From NCBI RefSeq assembly GCF_964213995.1, contig NC_135801.1, forward strand, positions 108,252,001 to 108,316,000: a DNA stretch of 64,000 nt, read 5' to 3'. Below, one piece after another: positions 24,460 to 36,320 of this stretch (position 1 is the first letter of the stretch; every line of letters begins with the position of its first letter). The position numbers were made by a program, and so were the translations under genes. The notes below the pieces were generated by a model. That model was not told where the DNA came from, did not search any database, and saw only the letters and a list, made by a program, of their open reading frames with translations. Source of the DNA: Mustelus asterias. Taxonomy: Eukaryota.

Positions 24460-26455
24460 TATCCCACTTTGCCTCCTCCCTAGATTCCCAGCAACACAGA
24501 TTCCAGTCTTCAGCCAATTTGATTCACTCCATGTGACAAGAAACGGCTGAAGGCATTGATTACCACAAATGATATGGATCCTGACAACATTCTGGAAATA
24601 GTACTGAAGGGCGGCACGGTAGCACAGTGGTTAGCACTGCTGCTTCACAGCTCCAGGGTCCTGGGTTCGATTCCCGGCTTGGGTCACTGTCTGTGTGGAG
24701 TTTGCACATTCTCCTTGTGTCTGCGTGGGTTTCCTCCGGGTGCTCCGGTTTCCACCCACAGTCCAAAGATGTGCGGGTTAGGTTGATTGGCCAGGTTAAA
24801 AATTGCCCCTTAGAGTCCTGATTAGCGGGTAAATATGTAGGGGAAGGGCCTGGGTGGGATTGTGGTCGGTGCAGACTTGATGGGCCGAATGGCCTCCTTC
24901 TGCACTGTAGGGTTTCTATGATGATTTGTGATCCAGAACTAGTCATGCCCCTAGACAAGCTATTTCGGTACAGCTACAATACTGGCATCTACTCAACAAT
25001 GTGAAAAGTTGCCCAGGAATGTCCTGTCCACAAAATCTAAATCTAAACTAGCTAATTACCACTACATTAATCTACTTTCAATCAGGAACAAAGTGATGGA
25101 AGGTGTTATTGACAGTTCTATTAAGCTGAACTGACTCACCAATAAGCCGCTCACTGATGCTCAATTTGGGGCACACGAGGTCCACTCAGCTCCTCACCTC
25201 ATTGCACCCTTGGTTCAAAAATGAACAAAAGAGCTGAACTCAAGAGGTGAAGTGAAAGTGACTGCCCTTGACATCAAGGCCACATTTGACAGGGTATATC
25301 ATCAAGGAGCAGTAGCAAAGCTAGAGTCAATGGGAATCGGGGGACAGGGATGGGGACGGGGACGGGGGTGGGGGGGGGTGGGTTGTGGTGGAATTACCAT
25401 CGGTTAGAGTCATACCTAGCACAAAGGAAAACTGTTGTGGTTATTGGAGGTCAATCATCTCAGTCCCAGGCCATCTCTGCAAGAGCTCCTCAGGGAACTG
25501 TCCTAGGCCCAACCATCTTCAATTGCTTCACCAATGACCTTCTCCCCATCGTACGTCAGAAGTGGGGATGGTCGCTGATGATTGCACAATGTTTAACATC
25601 ATTCTTGACTCTTCAGATACTGACGCAGTCCATGTCCATATGCAGCTATACCTGGACAACATCCAGGTTTGGGCTGATAAGTAACATTGGCAAAACACAA
25701 TTGTCAGGTAATGACCATCTTGACAAGAGAGAACCTGACTATTTCCCTTTGACATTGAATGGTATGACCATCGCTGAATCCTCCGTTATCAACAGCTTTG
25801 AGGCTTATCATTTACCAGAAACTAAACTGGACTAGCCACATAAATACTGTGGCTACATGAGCCGGTCAGGCTGGGAATTCTTTGGTAAGTAACTCATCTT
25901 CCGAATCCCCAAAGCCTGCCTGGGACATACAAGTCAGAAATGTGATGGAAACTCTCCACTTACTTGAATGACTGCAGCACCAACAATATTCTCAAAGTTT
26001 GACACCATCCAAGACAAAGCAGCCCGCTTGATTGGTTCTTAGCCACCACCTTAAACATTCACTTCATCCACCACCAACACACAGTGCCATCACTGCATCA
26101 TCTTCAAGCTGCACTGCAGCAACTCACCGAGGCACCATCAACAGCATCTGCCAAACCCATGTCATCTACCACTTAGAAGATCAAGGGTAGCAGAAACATG
26201 GGAACATCACCACCTACAAGTTTCCCTCCAAGCCATACACTATCCTGACTTGGAACTATCTTGCCATTCTTTCACTGTTGCTGGATCAAAATCATGGAAT
26301 TCTCTCCCTATTTGCACTGTGGGCATACATACATCATATGGACTACAGCAGTTCAAGGAGATGGCTCACTACCACCTTCTCAAGGGTATGTAGGGATGGA
26401 CAATAGATGTTGGCCTAGCCAGCTATGCCCCAACTGGATAAAAGAATAGATTAAA
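24460..26455 (+). mobile_element. Degenerate family B LINE (CR1/L2 group) RT region
   Basis: Remnants PLDKLFRYSYNTGIY, ALDIKATFDRV, PQGTVLGPTIFNCF; tail tagggatggacaatagatgttggcctagccagc. Confidence 0.8.
24609..24923 (+). mobile_element. Young HE1 SINE inserted in a family B LINE
   Basis: Intact head, V core and tail. Confidence 0.92.
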
Positions 26456-27940
26456 AAGTAACACACATGACGGAGTGCCCGCCAGGTGAAGATGAAACTT
26501 ATCTTGACAAGAACTGTGCAGTAGTCATTCCTACTACTACTGTCATGGATTGAGGCATCTGCGATAGCTAAGGACAAGGTCAAGTAGATTTGCCCCTAGT
26601 GATGATTCACCCATTAATCATTGTAAGTCCAATCTGACAACTATGACTTTCAAGATTTGGCCAGCATGGTTAATAGTGGTGCTACTAAGCCACTCTTGGT
26701 GACGGATATGGAGGACCTCACCAAGATTGCATTCGGCCCAACTGTTCAATGCCAGTGTTTAAGATCCACATGTGCCTACGCCTGCACCTCTTCATGTAAT
26801 CATATCAGTACTGTTTATCCTTCTTTTTTCCCTCATGTGCTTGCAAGCTTCCTCTTAAGTACACAGTGCCTGAAGGCTGATGCCAAAGTGGTATTGCCCA
26901 GATGATCAGACTGGGACAATGTAATTGGGTTGTGGAATGCTTCATTTTAAGTAATGCGTCCAATTTTGGACACCCTCTTCCTCCTCCACCTCAAGGATCA
27001 TCGACATTTTGGGAACAGGACAGAGAAGAGAAGCACTGTGTCTTGTGGTATTTTTTCCCCTATTGGCAAGCTGGGCCCTCAGTGAATATTCAAGCTTGCT
27101 TGAGACTTTAACAGCACCAAAATGAAAGGGTGTGGAAGGTGATGGGTTTGGGCAGAAGTGAATGCAGTTCATATAAATTAAAATAGCAATTCAGCAATTT
27201 TTCTTCAAGCAGTATATCACAGGAAATTAAATTTAAATGTTTAACTATAGGGAAAGTTAGACTGACGTAACTTATCACAACATACAAAATGCACTCAAAT
27301 GTTATTCTACAGTCCCTCAGAATGCAGCAATGATAGATAAACAGAACCAATACTCGCCAAATTAACAAAGTGTTTTAGAATTTCTACTATATCTTTAAAG
27401 AATTTGATAAAAATGATTTGCACAATTCCAAAGATCTATATTTTTAAAAAGGGCTGAAAAATTCTGCTGCAACCATTCCATGCACTTTCTCTTGATCAAA
27501 AAAGTGAAACTTGGTCTTAAACAATGACATCATTTCAAGGGTGAAAATAAAAGCACAGATTATTAAAAAGGCAATTTCTGGCTTTCTTTCCCTTTCAAAT
27601 CCACCCAATTATCATAAATCATAAAAGATGTGCCTGACATGCAGGTACAAATTGAAGTTACCGTCTGTTGCAGACAATTTACAGGGACTCCTAACTTACT
27701 GCCGTAACAAGCTGCTGAAATTTTACCCAAAAGAAATATTTACAAATCAAATGCTTCAAATTTTGCAGGCTAAGGAAAGGCAGTTGGTTTTATGTTGATC
27801 GTGAAAGATTACCAGGAAATGTACTACAGTTGCTTCTGCAACTAAATTAAAAGCAATTCTGCCCCAACAATAAATGTCTCAACTCACCAAGATGTGCAGC
27901 ATACTTTTATTTGTGCTTTAATCTAAAAGTACTGTGCAAG

Positions 27941-28293
27941 ATAGAATAGAATCATAGAATCATAGAAACCCTACAGTGCGGAAGGAGGCCATTCGGCCCA
28001 TCGAGTCTGCACCGACCACAATCCCACCCAGGCCCTACCCCCACATATTTACCCGCTAATCCCTCTAACCTACGCATCTCAGGACTCTAAGGGGTAATTT
28101 TTTTAACCTGGCCAATCAACCTAACCCGCACATCTTTGGACTGTGGGAGGAAACCGGAGCACCCGGAGGAAACCCACGCAGACACGGGGAGAATGTGCAA
28201 ACTCCACACAGACAGTGACCCGAGCCGGGAATCGAACCCGGGACCCTGGAGCTGTGAAGCAGCAGTGCTAACCACTGTGCTACCGTGCCGCCC
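27941..28293 (-). mobile_element. Young HE1 SINE, full length
   Basis: Reverse complement of the 14260-14600 type; (catagaat)n tail. Confidence 0.93.
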
Positions 28294-28329
28294 CTATGTG
28301 GATACTATGTGGATAAAACTCACATTCAA

Positions 28330-29300
28330 GGCGATTTTCCCAGCCTGCTGTTCTGCTTGAGCAGCGCAACGGGCCGGGAGATATCAGCGGAGGCGTTTCA
28401 TGGGTTTCCCGCTGGGCGCCATGGCCTCCTCGACCAAGGGTGCGAGATCTCCACGACTAAAATTTCCAGTGTAATCAGCTCGGCACTGGAAAACAGCTGA
28501 TACAATTATTTTCACCCTTAAAATGATCCCGGTGGAGGGAAGAGAGGCCATTGAGGCCCCCCGGGAAGTAGGAGGCAAGAGTGGGGCGCCCTGGCACTGC
28601 CAGGGTGCAAACAGGTACTCTCCAAGGGGCACTTTGGCACTGCCCATGGGACATCGGGCAGCACTAAGGGAGCAGAGCGATTGGTGGGCGGTCCCACTGC
28701 CACTCTGCATTGGGATGACTGGGAGAGGGGGGGGGGAGGAGGTGATCGCGGTTGCAGGGGGAATGGAAATCGGGAGATCGGGGCTGGCCGGGTTGGGGGA
28801 TGAACATCACGGCTTGCTCGGGGACGTCCACAAGACCAGCAATCGGGCTGGCCAGCGATCTGGAGGCTGGTAATATGGGGCCACTGCGCATGCGCCAATC
28901 GCCGCACTGACAGATTAGTTCATTAAGAAGTTTAACAACACCAGGTTAAAGTCCAACAGGTTTATTTGGTAGCAAAAGCCTGTGGCTTTTGCTACCAAAT
29001 AAACCTGTTGGACTTTAACCTGGTGTTGTTAAACTTCTTACTGTGTTTACCCCAGTCCAACGCCGGCATCTTCACATCAAGATTAGTTCATGCACAGCGG
29101 CCCGTTCAACGCAATGCTGCTGGCCTTGCAGGCAGGAATAGGACCCACCCCCTGATTTTCAGAGTGAATCACGCTGAGGCACTCTGTGATGCACTGAGTG
29201 ACAGAGATTCATTCTGGGAATCACGCTGAAAAAACTCATGCAATTTTCTCCCATTTTCCCGCAAATTGGGACTTGGAATTTTTTGGGGCAAATTCCGGTC
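28330..29300. mobile_element. GC-rich non-autonomous DNA transposon (Harbinger-like), interrupted by a PLE fragment
   Basis: Ends ggcgattttccc / ggcaaattccggtc resemble the 5073-5201 MITE termini; internal ggcactgcccatg...cgggcag shared with 48030-48345. Confidence 0.5.
28924..29079. mobile_element. Penelope-like pLTR fragment (family A) forming a perfect 57-bp inverted repeat
   Basis: Arms 28924-28980 and 28984-29040, loop tgt, then tail ...ccagtccaacgccggcatcttcacatc; 12-bp TSD agattagttcat (28912-28923 / 29080-29091). Confidence 0.9.
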
Positions 29301-30476
29301 ATTATGTCTGTTGCAACATTTGTGTTAAGAACTCCGCTGAAAATTTGTAGTGGGTTCATATTTCCCAATATAGGCCCATGAGGTGGTAACTTTCATAATT
29401 TCCACACAAGTATATTCAAACATGGGCCACAAGATGCTTACTGTAGACTGAAGTGAGCAACGCATAATGTTCTCATATTAACAGTGAAGCTAATGGCCAC
29501 AGGTGAGTGGCAGATGAAGGGTTCAATGGGAATATTGAAAAGTTGCTGTCTGAGTTGCACTCCTCCATCATTAGCTTCCCGTCTCTCAGTCCGCCTCACC
29601 TTTGAAATACAGGCGAAGTTGCTGAATTCGCACTGAAAATATGAATTAATCTCGTCACAAAGTTAAATCTTGTCCCATCCTAAATACCCTTTTAACAAAG
29701 TGATGTGCGTCATTGCTACTAAATGACCTCTCTGGTACTGAAAATTAACCATTACAAATGTGGAGGATCATTCTTTCAGGCTTTAATTATTGATGGGCGA
29801 TTTTAAAAATGCATTTTAATTATTTTCCTCTCAAATTCAGTCTTTCTTTCCCTCTTTTAATTTATCTTTCACGTGGTTCGGCATTGAATATACCAACTCT
29901 AATTTATACTTCATGTTCAGTCCTTGTGCAACTAATATTTCAATTCTTCAATCTGGTTGAATATGGACATACACAGGTTCTTGCTCAGGTACTCAGGTGT
30001 CAGAAGCCTTCTTTCACTTGCTCTAACTTTATCAGTTTGCATCTTCAACAATTTGCCACGCAAAAGAAATTATTAAAAACCTAAACATGCTAGCAAGGGC
30101 AGGTCTAACTAATGGCAGAAATCATTAGAAAACCTGCTACTGCAAAGTCTAAACCAAGATAGCTGTGCTGGGAACAATAGTGCATTGCCAGAGGTATAAT
30201 ACAAACTCAGCAATAAAGAACAGATAATTGTTATTTTCTGTTGCATCAAAGGTCACAAAGGAAGTTTAGAAATAAAAACAGCCCTCAAAAGGGATTGACT
30301 ACAAATTGCCCCTTTACAGCTGTCAACATTGATAACTATCAGGGGTGACATTTATTATGCACAGGAGTGATGCAAAGCACAGAACCATTCATTTAAGTAT
30401 ATGGAGCAGCGTCTGTTTTTTAGACATTAATGTACATTAAAGAAAGGTACATTTTTAAAGTGAGTGACTGACATTT

Positions 30477-30598
30477 GTGCCAGAATTTATGGCCTCGCCT
30501 GTCGAGGCTCGTAAGATCCTGTCTGAGGCCAACGGAGAATGCCTGTGAGCCTCACCCACCCTGATTCTGGGGCGGGCGAAGTGGTAAAATTCCGGCCC
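30477..30598. mobile_element. MITE related to 5073-5201
   Basis: Termini gccagaattta / taaaattccggcc. Confidence 0.6.
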
Positions 30599-31073
30599 TG
30601 GTGTCCACAAGTCTTTGAAGTGACAAGGGGATTGGCCAGTTAGAGGCACAGACAGGCGTTTCTGTGGCCGCAATCAAGACTCCAGGATGGTGTGTTGCCT
30701 CCCTGGTGCCAAGGTCAAGGACGTCTCTGAGCGCTTGCAGGACATTCTTAAGGGGGAGGGTGAGCAGCTAGAGGTCGTTGTACATATTGGTACCAACGAC
30801 ATAGGAAGGAAAAGGGATGAGGTCCTGAAGTGTGAATATAGAGAGTTAGGCAGAAGACTAAAGTGCAGGACCTCGGAGGTAGTAATTTCAGGACTACTAC
30901 CGCTGCCACATGCTAGTGAGAATATGAATACGAGGATTAGGCAGATGAATGCGTGGCTTGAGAGCTGGTGCAGGAGGCAGGGATTTAGATTTTTGGATCA
31001 TTGGGATCTTTTCTGGGGAAGGGCTGACCTGTTCAAGAGGGCTGGAGAGGGACTAACATTCTGGCGGGGAGAT

Positions 31074-31411
31074 CATAGGATCATAGAAACCCTACAGTGC
31101 AGAAAGAGGCCATTTGGCCCATCGAGTCTGCACCGACCACAATCCCATCCAGGCCCTACCCCCATATCCCAACATATTTACCCACCAATCCCTCTAACCT
31201 ACACATCTCAGGACACTAAGGGGCAATTTAGCATGGCCAATCAACCTAATGCGCACATCTTTGGACTGTGGGAGGAAACCGGAGCACCTGGAGAAAACCC
31301 ACACAGACACGAGGAGAATGTGCAAACTCCACACAGACAGTGACCCAAGCCGGGAATCGAACCCAGGTCCCTGGAGCTGTGAAGCAGCAGTGCTAACCAC
31401 TGTGCTACCAT
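31074..31411 (-). mobile_element. HE1 SINE inserted in CR1 ORF1
   Basis: 5-bp TSD gagat (31069-31073 / 31412-31416). Confidence 0.9.
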
Positions 31412-33404
31412 GAGATTTGCTAGAGCCACTCGGGAGGGTTTAAACTAGTTTGGCAGGGGGGTGGGATCCAAAGCAGTAGGGAGACAGAAGAGAAGTTTGA
31501 GGACAGCACAGAAGTTAAGGAGAGCACATTAAGTAGCAAAGGCAGTGTCAGTAATACTAGTACCAGACAGATCAGGCAAAAGCAGGACAGAGAGCAAGGG
31601 AAGTCCAGATTAAACTGCATTTATTTCAATGCAAGAGGCCTGACGGGCAAGGCAGATGAACTCAGGGCATGGATGGGTACATGGGACTGGGATATTATAG
31701 CTATTACTGAAACATGGCTAAGGGAGGGACAGGACAGGACTAGCAGCTCAATGTTCCAGGGTACAGATGCTATAGGAAAGATAGAACAGGAGGTAAGAGA
31801 GGAGGGGGAGTTGCACTTTTGATCAGGGAAAGCATCACGTACTGAGAGGGGATATATCCGAGGGTTCGGCCACTGAGTCTATATGGGTAGAACTGAGAAA
31901 TAAGAAGGGGGAAATCACTTTGATAGGGTTGTACTATAGGTCCCCAAATAGTCAGCGGGAAATTGAGGAGCAAATATGTAAGGAGATTACAGATAGCTTT
32001 AAGAAAAATGTGGTAATAGTTGGAGATTTTAACTTTCCCGACATTGACTGGGACAGCCATAGTATTAGAGGGTTGGATGGAGAGAAATTTGTTGAGTGTA
32101 TTCAGGAGGAATTTCTCATTCATTATGTGGATGGCCCGACTAGAGAGGGGGCAAAACTTGACCTCCTCTTGGGAAATAAGGAAGGGCAGGTGACAGAAGT
32201 GTTAGTGAGGGATCACTTTGGGACCAGTGACCATAATTCTATTGGTTTTAAGATAGCTATGGAGAATGATAGGTCTGGCCCAAACGTTAAAATTCTAAAT
32301 TGGGGCAAGGCCAATTTTGAAGGTATCAGGCAGGAACTTTCAAAAGTTAATTGGGGGAGTCTGTGGGAAGGCAAAGGGACGTCTGGTAAGTGGCATGCTT
32401 TCAAAAGTGTGTTAACCAGGTTCAGGGTAAACACATTCCTCTTAGAGTGAAGGGCAAGGCTGGCAGAAGTAGGGAACCCTGGATATAGAGGCCCTGGTCA
32501 AGAAGAAGAAAGAGGCACATGACATGCATAGGCAGCTGGGATCAAGTGAATCCCTTGAAGAGTATAGGGGGTATAGGAGTAGAGTTAAGAGAGAAATCAG
32601 GAGGGCAAAAAGTGGACATGAGATTGTTTTGGCAGATAAGGCAAAGGAGAATACAAAGAGCTTCTACAAATACATAAAGGGCAAAAGAGTAACAAGGGAG
32701 AGAGTAGGACCTCCCGAGGATCAAAAAGGTAATCTATGTGCAGATCCACAAGAGATGGGTGAGATCATAAATTAATATTTCTCATCAGTATTTACTGTTG
32801 AGAAAAGCATGGATGTTAGGGAACTTGGGGAAATAAATAGTGATGTCTTGAGGAATGTACATATTACAGAGGTGGTGGTGCTGGAAGTCTTAAAGTGCAT
32901 CAAGGTAGATAAATCCCCGGGACCTGATGAAGTGTATCCCAGGACATTGTGGGAGGCTAGGGAGGAAATTGCGGATCCCCTAGCTGAGATATTTGAATCA
33001 TCGATAGCCACAGGTGAGGTGCCTGAAGATTGGAGAGGGGTAAATGTTGTTTAAAAAGGGCTGCAGGGAAAAGCCTGGGAACTACAGGCCAGTGAGCCTC
33101 ACATCTGTGGTGGGTAAATTGTTGGAAGGTATTTTGAGAGACAGGATCTACAGGCATTTAGAGACGCAAGTACTGATTAGGGACAGTCAGCATGGCTTTG
33201 TGAGTGGAAAATTATGTCTCTCAAATTTGATTGAGTTTTTTGAAGGGGTAACCAAGAAGGTAGATGAAGGCAATGCAGTTGATGTTGTCTATATGGACTT
33301 TACAAGGCCTTTGACAAGGTACCGCATGGTTGGTTGTTGCATAAGGTTAAATCTCACGGGATCCAAAGTGAGGTATCTAAATGGATACAAAATTGGCTTC
33401 TTGA

Positions 33405-33535
33405 AAGAACAGTAAGAAGTCTCACAACACCAGGTTAAAGTCCAACAGGTTTATTTGGTAGCAAATACCATAAGCTTTCGGAGCACTGCTCCTTCGTCAG
33501 ATGGAGTGGATATCTGTCCAACGCCGGCATCTCCA
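33405..33535. mobile_element. Penelope-like pLTR fragment (family A), internally inverted, inserted in CR1 RT
   Basis: TSD cttcttga (33397-33404 / 33536-33543; 13 bp with one mismatch); minus-strand pLTR followed by plus-strand tail gtccaacgccggcatctccac. Confidence 0.88.
33468..33504 (-). ncRNA. Minimal type I hammerhead ribozyme, intact catalytic core
   Basis: Minus strand CCAU-CUGACGA-A-GGAGC-AGU-GCUCC-GAA-AGCU-U|AUGG: stem I CCAU/AUGG, stem II 5 bp, palindromic AGCU stem III. Confidence 0.8.
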
Positions 33536-34613
33536 CTTCTTGACAGAAGCCAGAGGGTGGTTGTAGAGAATTGTTTTTCAAACTGAAGGCCTGTGACCAG
33601 CGGTGTGCCTCAGGGATAAGTGCTGGGTCCACTGTTATTTGTCATTTATATTAATGATTTGGATGAGAATATAGGAGGCATGGTTAGTAAGTTTGCAGAT
33701 GACACCAAAATTGGTGGCATAGTGGACAGTGAAGAAAGTTATCTCCAATTGCAACAGGATCTTGATCAATTGGGCTAGTGGGCTGACAATGGCAGATGGA
33801 GTTTAATTTAGACAAATGCGAGGTGATGCATTTTGGTAGATTGAACCAGGGCAGGACTTACTCAGTTAATAGTAGGGCGTTGGGGAGAGTTACAGAACAA
33901 AGAGATCCAGGGGTACATGTTCATAGCTCCTTGAAAGTGGAGTCACAGGCGGACAGAGTGGTGAAGAAGGCATTCGGCATGCTTGGTTTCATTGGCCAGA
34001 ACATTGAATACAGGAGTTGGAATGTCTTGTTGAAGTTGTACAAGACATTGTTAAGGCCACACTTGAAATACTGTGTGCAATTCTGGTCACCCTATTATAG
34101 AAAGGTTATTATTAAACTAGAAAGAGTGCAGAAAAGATTTATTAGGATGCTACCAGGAATTGATGGTTTGAGTATAAAGAGAGGTTTGATAGACTGGGAC
34201 TTTTTTCTCTGGAGCATAGGAGGCTGAGAGGTGATCTTATAGAGGTCTATAAAATAATGAGGGGCATAGATCAGATAGTCATTATCTTTTCCTAAAGGTA
34301 GGGGAGTCTAAAACTAGAGGGCATAGGTTTGATGTGAGAGGGGAGAGATGCAAAAGTGTCCAGAGGGGCAATTTTTTCACAGAGGGTAGTGAGTGTCTGG
34401 AACAAGCTGCCAGAGGTAGTAGTGGAGGCGGGTACAATTTTGTCTTTTAAAAAGCATTTAGACAGTTACATGGGTACGATGGGTATAGCGGGATACGGGC
34501 TGAATGCGGGCAATTGGGATTAGCTTAGGGGTTTAAAATAAAAGGGCGGCATGGTCAAGTTGGGCCGAACGGCCTGTTTCCATGCTGTAAACCTCTATGA
34601 CTCTATGACAAGG

Positions 34614-35225
34614 TGAAAAAGCTCTTAAAAAGGCACATGGGAGCGATGGCTTTATAGAGGAACAGAGTACAAAAGCAAGGAAGTTATGCTAAACTTTCAT
34701 AAAACACTAGTTACCCTCAGCTGGAGTACTGTGTCATATCTAGGCACTACACTTCAAAAAGTATGTCAAAGTCTCAAAGAGGAAGCAAAGGAGATATACC
34801 TATAATAGTACCAAAGATGAAAAGTTTCAGTTATGTGGAGAGACTGGAAAAAGAGATTTCTGAGAAGGTTAAGGGGAGATTTGATAAAGATGTTGAAAAT
34901 TGATGGAATTTGATGGAGTAAATAATGCAAAACTGTTTCTAGTGGCAGAGGACACTGATTTATAGTAATTAATAAAAGAACTAGAGGTGACATGAGGATT
35001 TTTGATGCAGTAAGTTATGATGATTTGATTTGCACTGCCTGAAAGGGTGGAAGAAGCAGTTTCAACAATAATATTGAAAAGGGAATTGATTATTTCAGAT
35101 AGAAAACTTTGAAGGGCTATGGGGATGAGAGCATGGGAATTGGATTAATTGGATAGCTTTTGCAAAGAGCACAGGCAGACTTAACTGACTGGCCTCCTAC
35201 TGGGCTGTATTACTCTATGATTCTA
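34614..35225 (+). mobile_element. Older CR1 3' fragment (host of the 30629-34605 insertion)
   Basis: PQLEYC-like remnant and tail ggcctcctactgggctgtattactctatgattcta; continues gtgtccacaagtctttgaagtg at 30600. Confidence 0.7.
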
Positions 35226-35809
35226 AGATGCCTTAGAAGAAGAAATATCCCTCTATATTCAATTCATACTTTATTGGGAATCTCCCAGAGAGACCTGCGT
35301 TTGGAATAAATCTCATTTGAAAAGGAACGGAGGGAAAACTTTCACACACAGCTGCAGTTACATCATTACTTCCTTTGTTCTTCTAACTGAGCAGCTAGCT
35401 CTTCTCAATCAACAATCAGAAAGCAAAATATTTCTCTTTTTACAGCTTTAGTGCCACATAATATCAAGCAAATCAGTTAACAATTTATCTTAGTTTGTTG
35501 ACAAAGCAAGCAACCCAAGACGTGATCCAGCTCAATTACTGAAGCAATTCACTTCAGGCTTCAGTGACACTCAGTGTAGGTCTCCTCATTAGTAAATGAT
35601 CAAAATATATATGAGATCACACTTTTAAAAACTGTTTTCTTCCTCCCTCTAAGGCCTCCCACTGACTTGAGGCACTTTCCACTTGAGAGATTGAACATGT
35701 CTGTTGTCAGGGTTCTGAGAGATCTTATGTCACTTTGTAACTAGATGCTAGGAAGTATGCAAGGTGAATTTCATATTGATTTTCTCTTCATGTGTATTTT
35801 TAAAAACCA

Positions 35810-36320
35810 GTTTCCAGGATATGGGCTTCTCTAGGAAGGCTGGTATTTATTGCTCTTCCCTCGTTGATTGAAAGAGGTAGTGGTCAGCTGTCTTCTAGAA
35901 TGGCTACACTGCATGTGATAAAGGCGCTCAGCTGAGTACCAATAAAGCAATGGACATATTGGAAGTGCCAGGATGGAAGTGTCTTGGAGAGGACTTAAAT
36001 ATGATTGTATCCCCATGTACCTGCTGCCCTTGCCCTTTTAGATGATAGAGGGCTTTGGAGAATCCTTGGCTAGCTACAGCAGTGCACCCTGTTGACATTA
36101 ACATTTCCAGCCATAGTATACTGATGTTGGAGGGAGTGAATGCTTAAGCCGGTGGATGGCTTGTCAATCCAGCAGACTGCTTTGTCCTGGATGATGTCAA
36201 GCCTTGAGTGTTGTTGCAGCTGCATCCATCCAAGAAGTAGAGAATATTTTATTACACTCCTGACTTCTGCTTTGTAGGTTGAAGAGAGAATTTGGGGAAA
36301 TCAGGAGCCTTATTGCCTTC
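35810..36320 (-). mobile_element. Degenerate family B LINE 3' fragment
   Basis: Similar to 10860-11400. Confidence 0.55.

Larger units (their letters stand above)
30629..34605 (+). mobile_element. Long CR1 LINE (ORF1 esterase 3' part, APE endonuclease, RT), frameshifted; nested in an older CR1
   Basis: ORF 30687: CLPGAKV, VVHIGTND (SGNH esterase); DIIAITETWL, GDFNFP, SDH (APE); RT motifs; 8-bp TSD tgacaagg (30621-30628 / 34606-34613). Confidence 0.92.

Noticed and set aside
28384-28907. GC-rich overlapping ORFs, CpG-island-like stretch
   Set aside because: Lies in a repeat also present at 48030-48345; ORFs are low-complexity.
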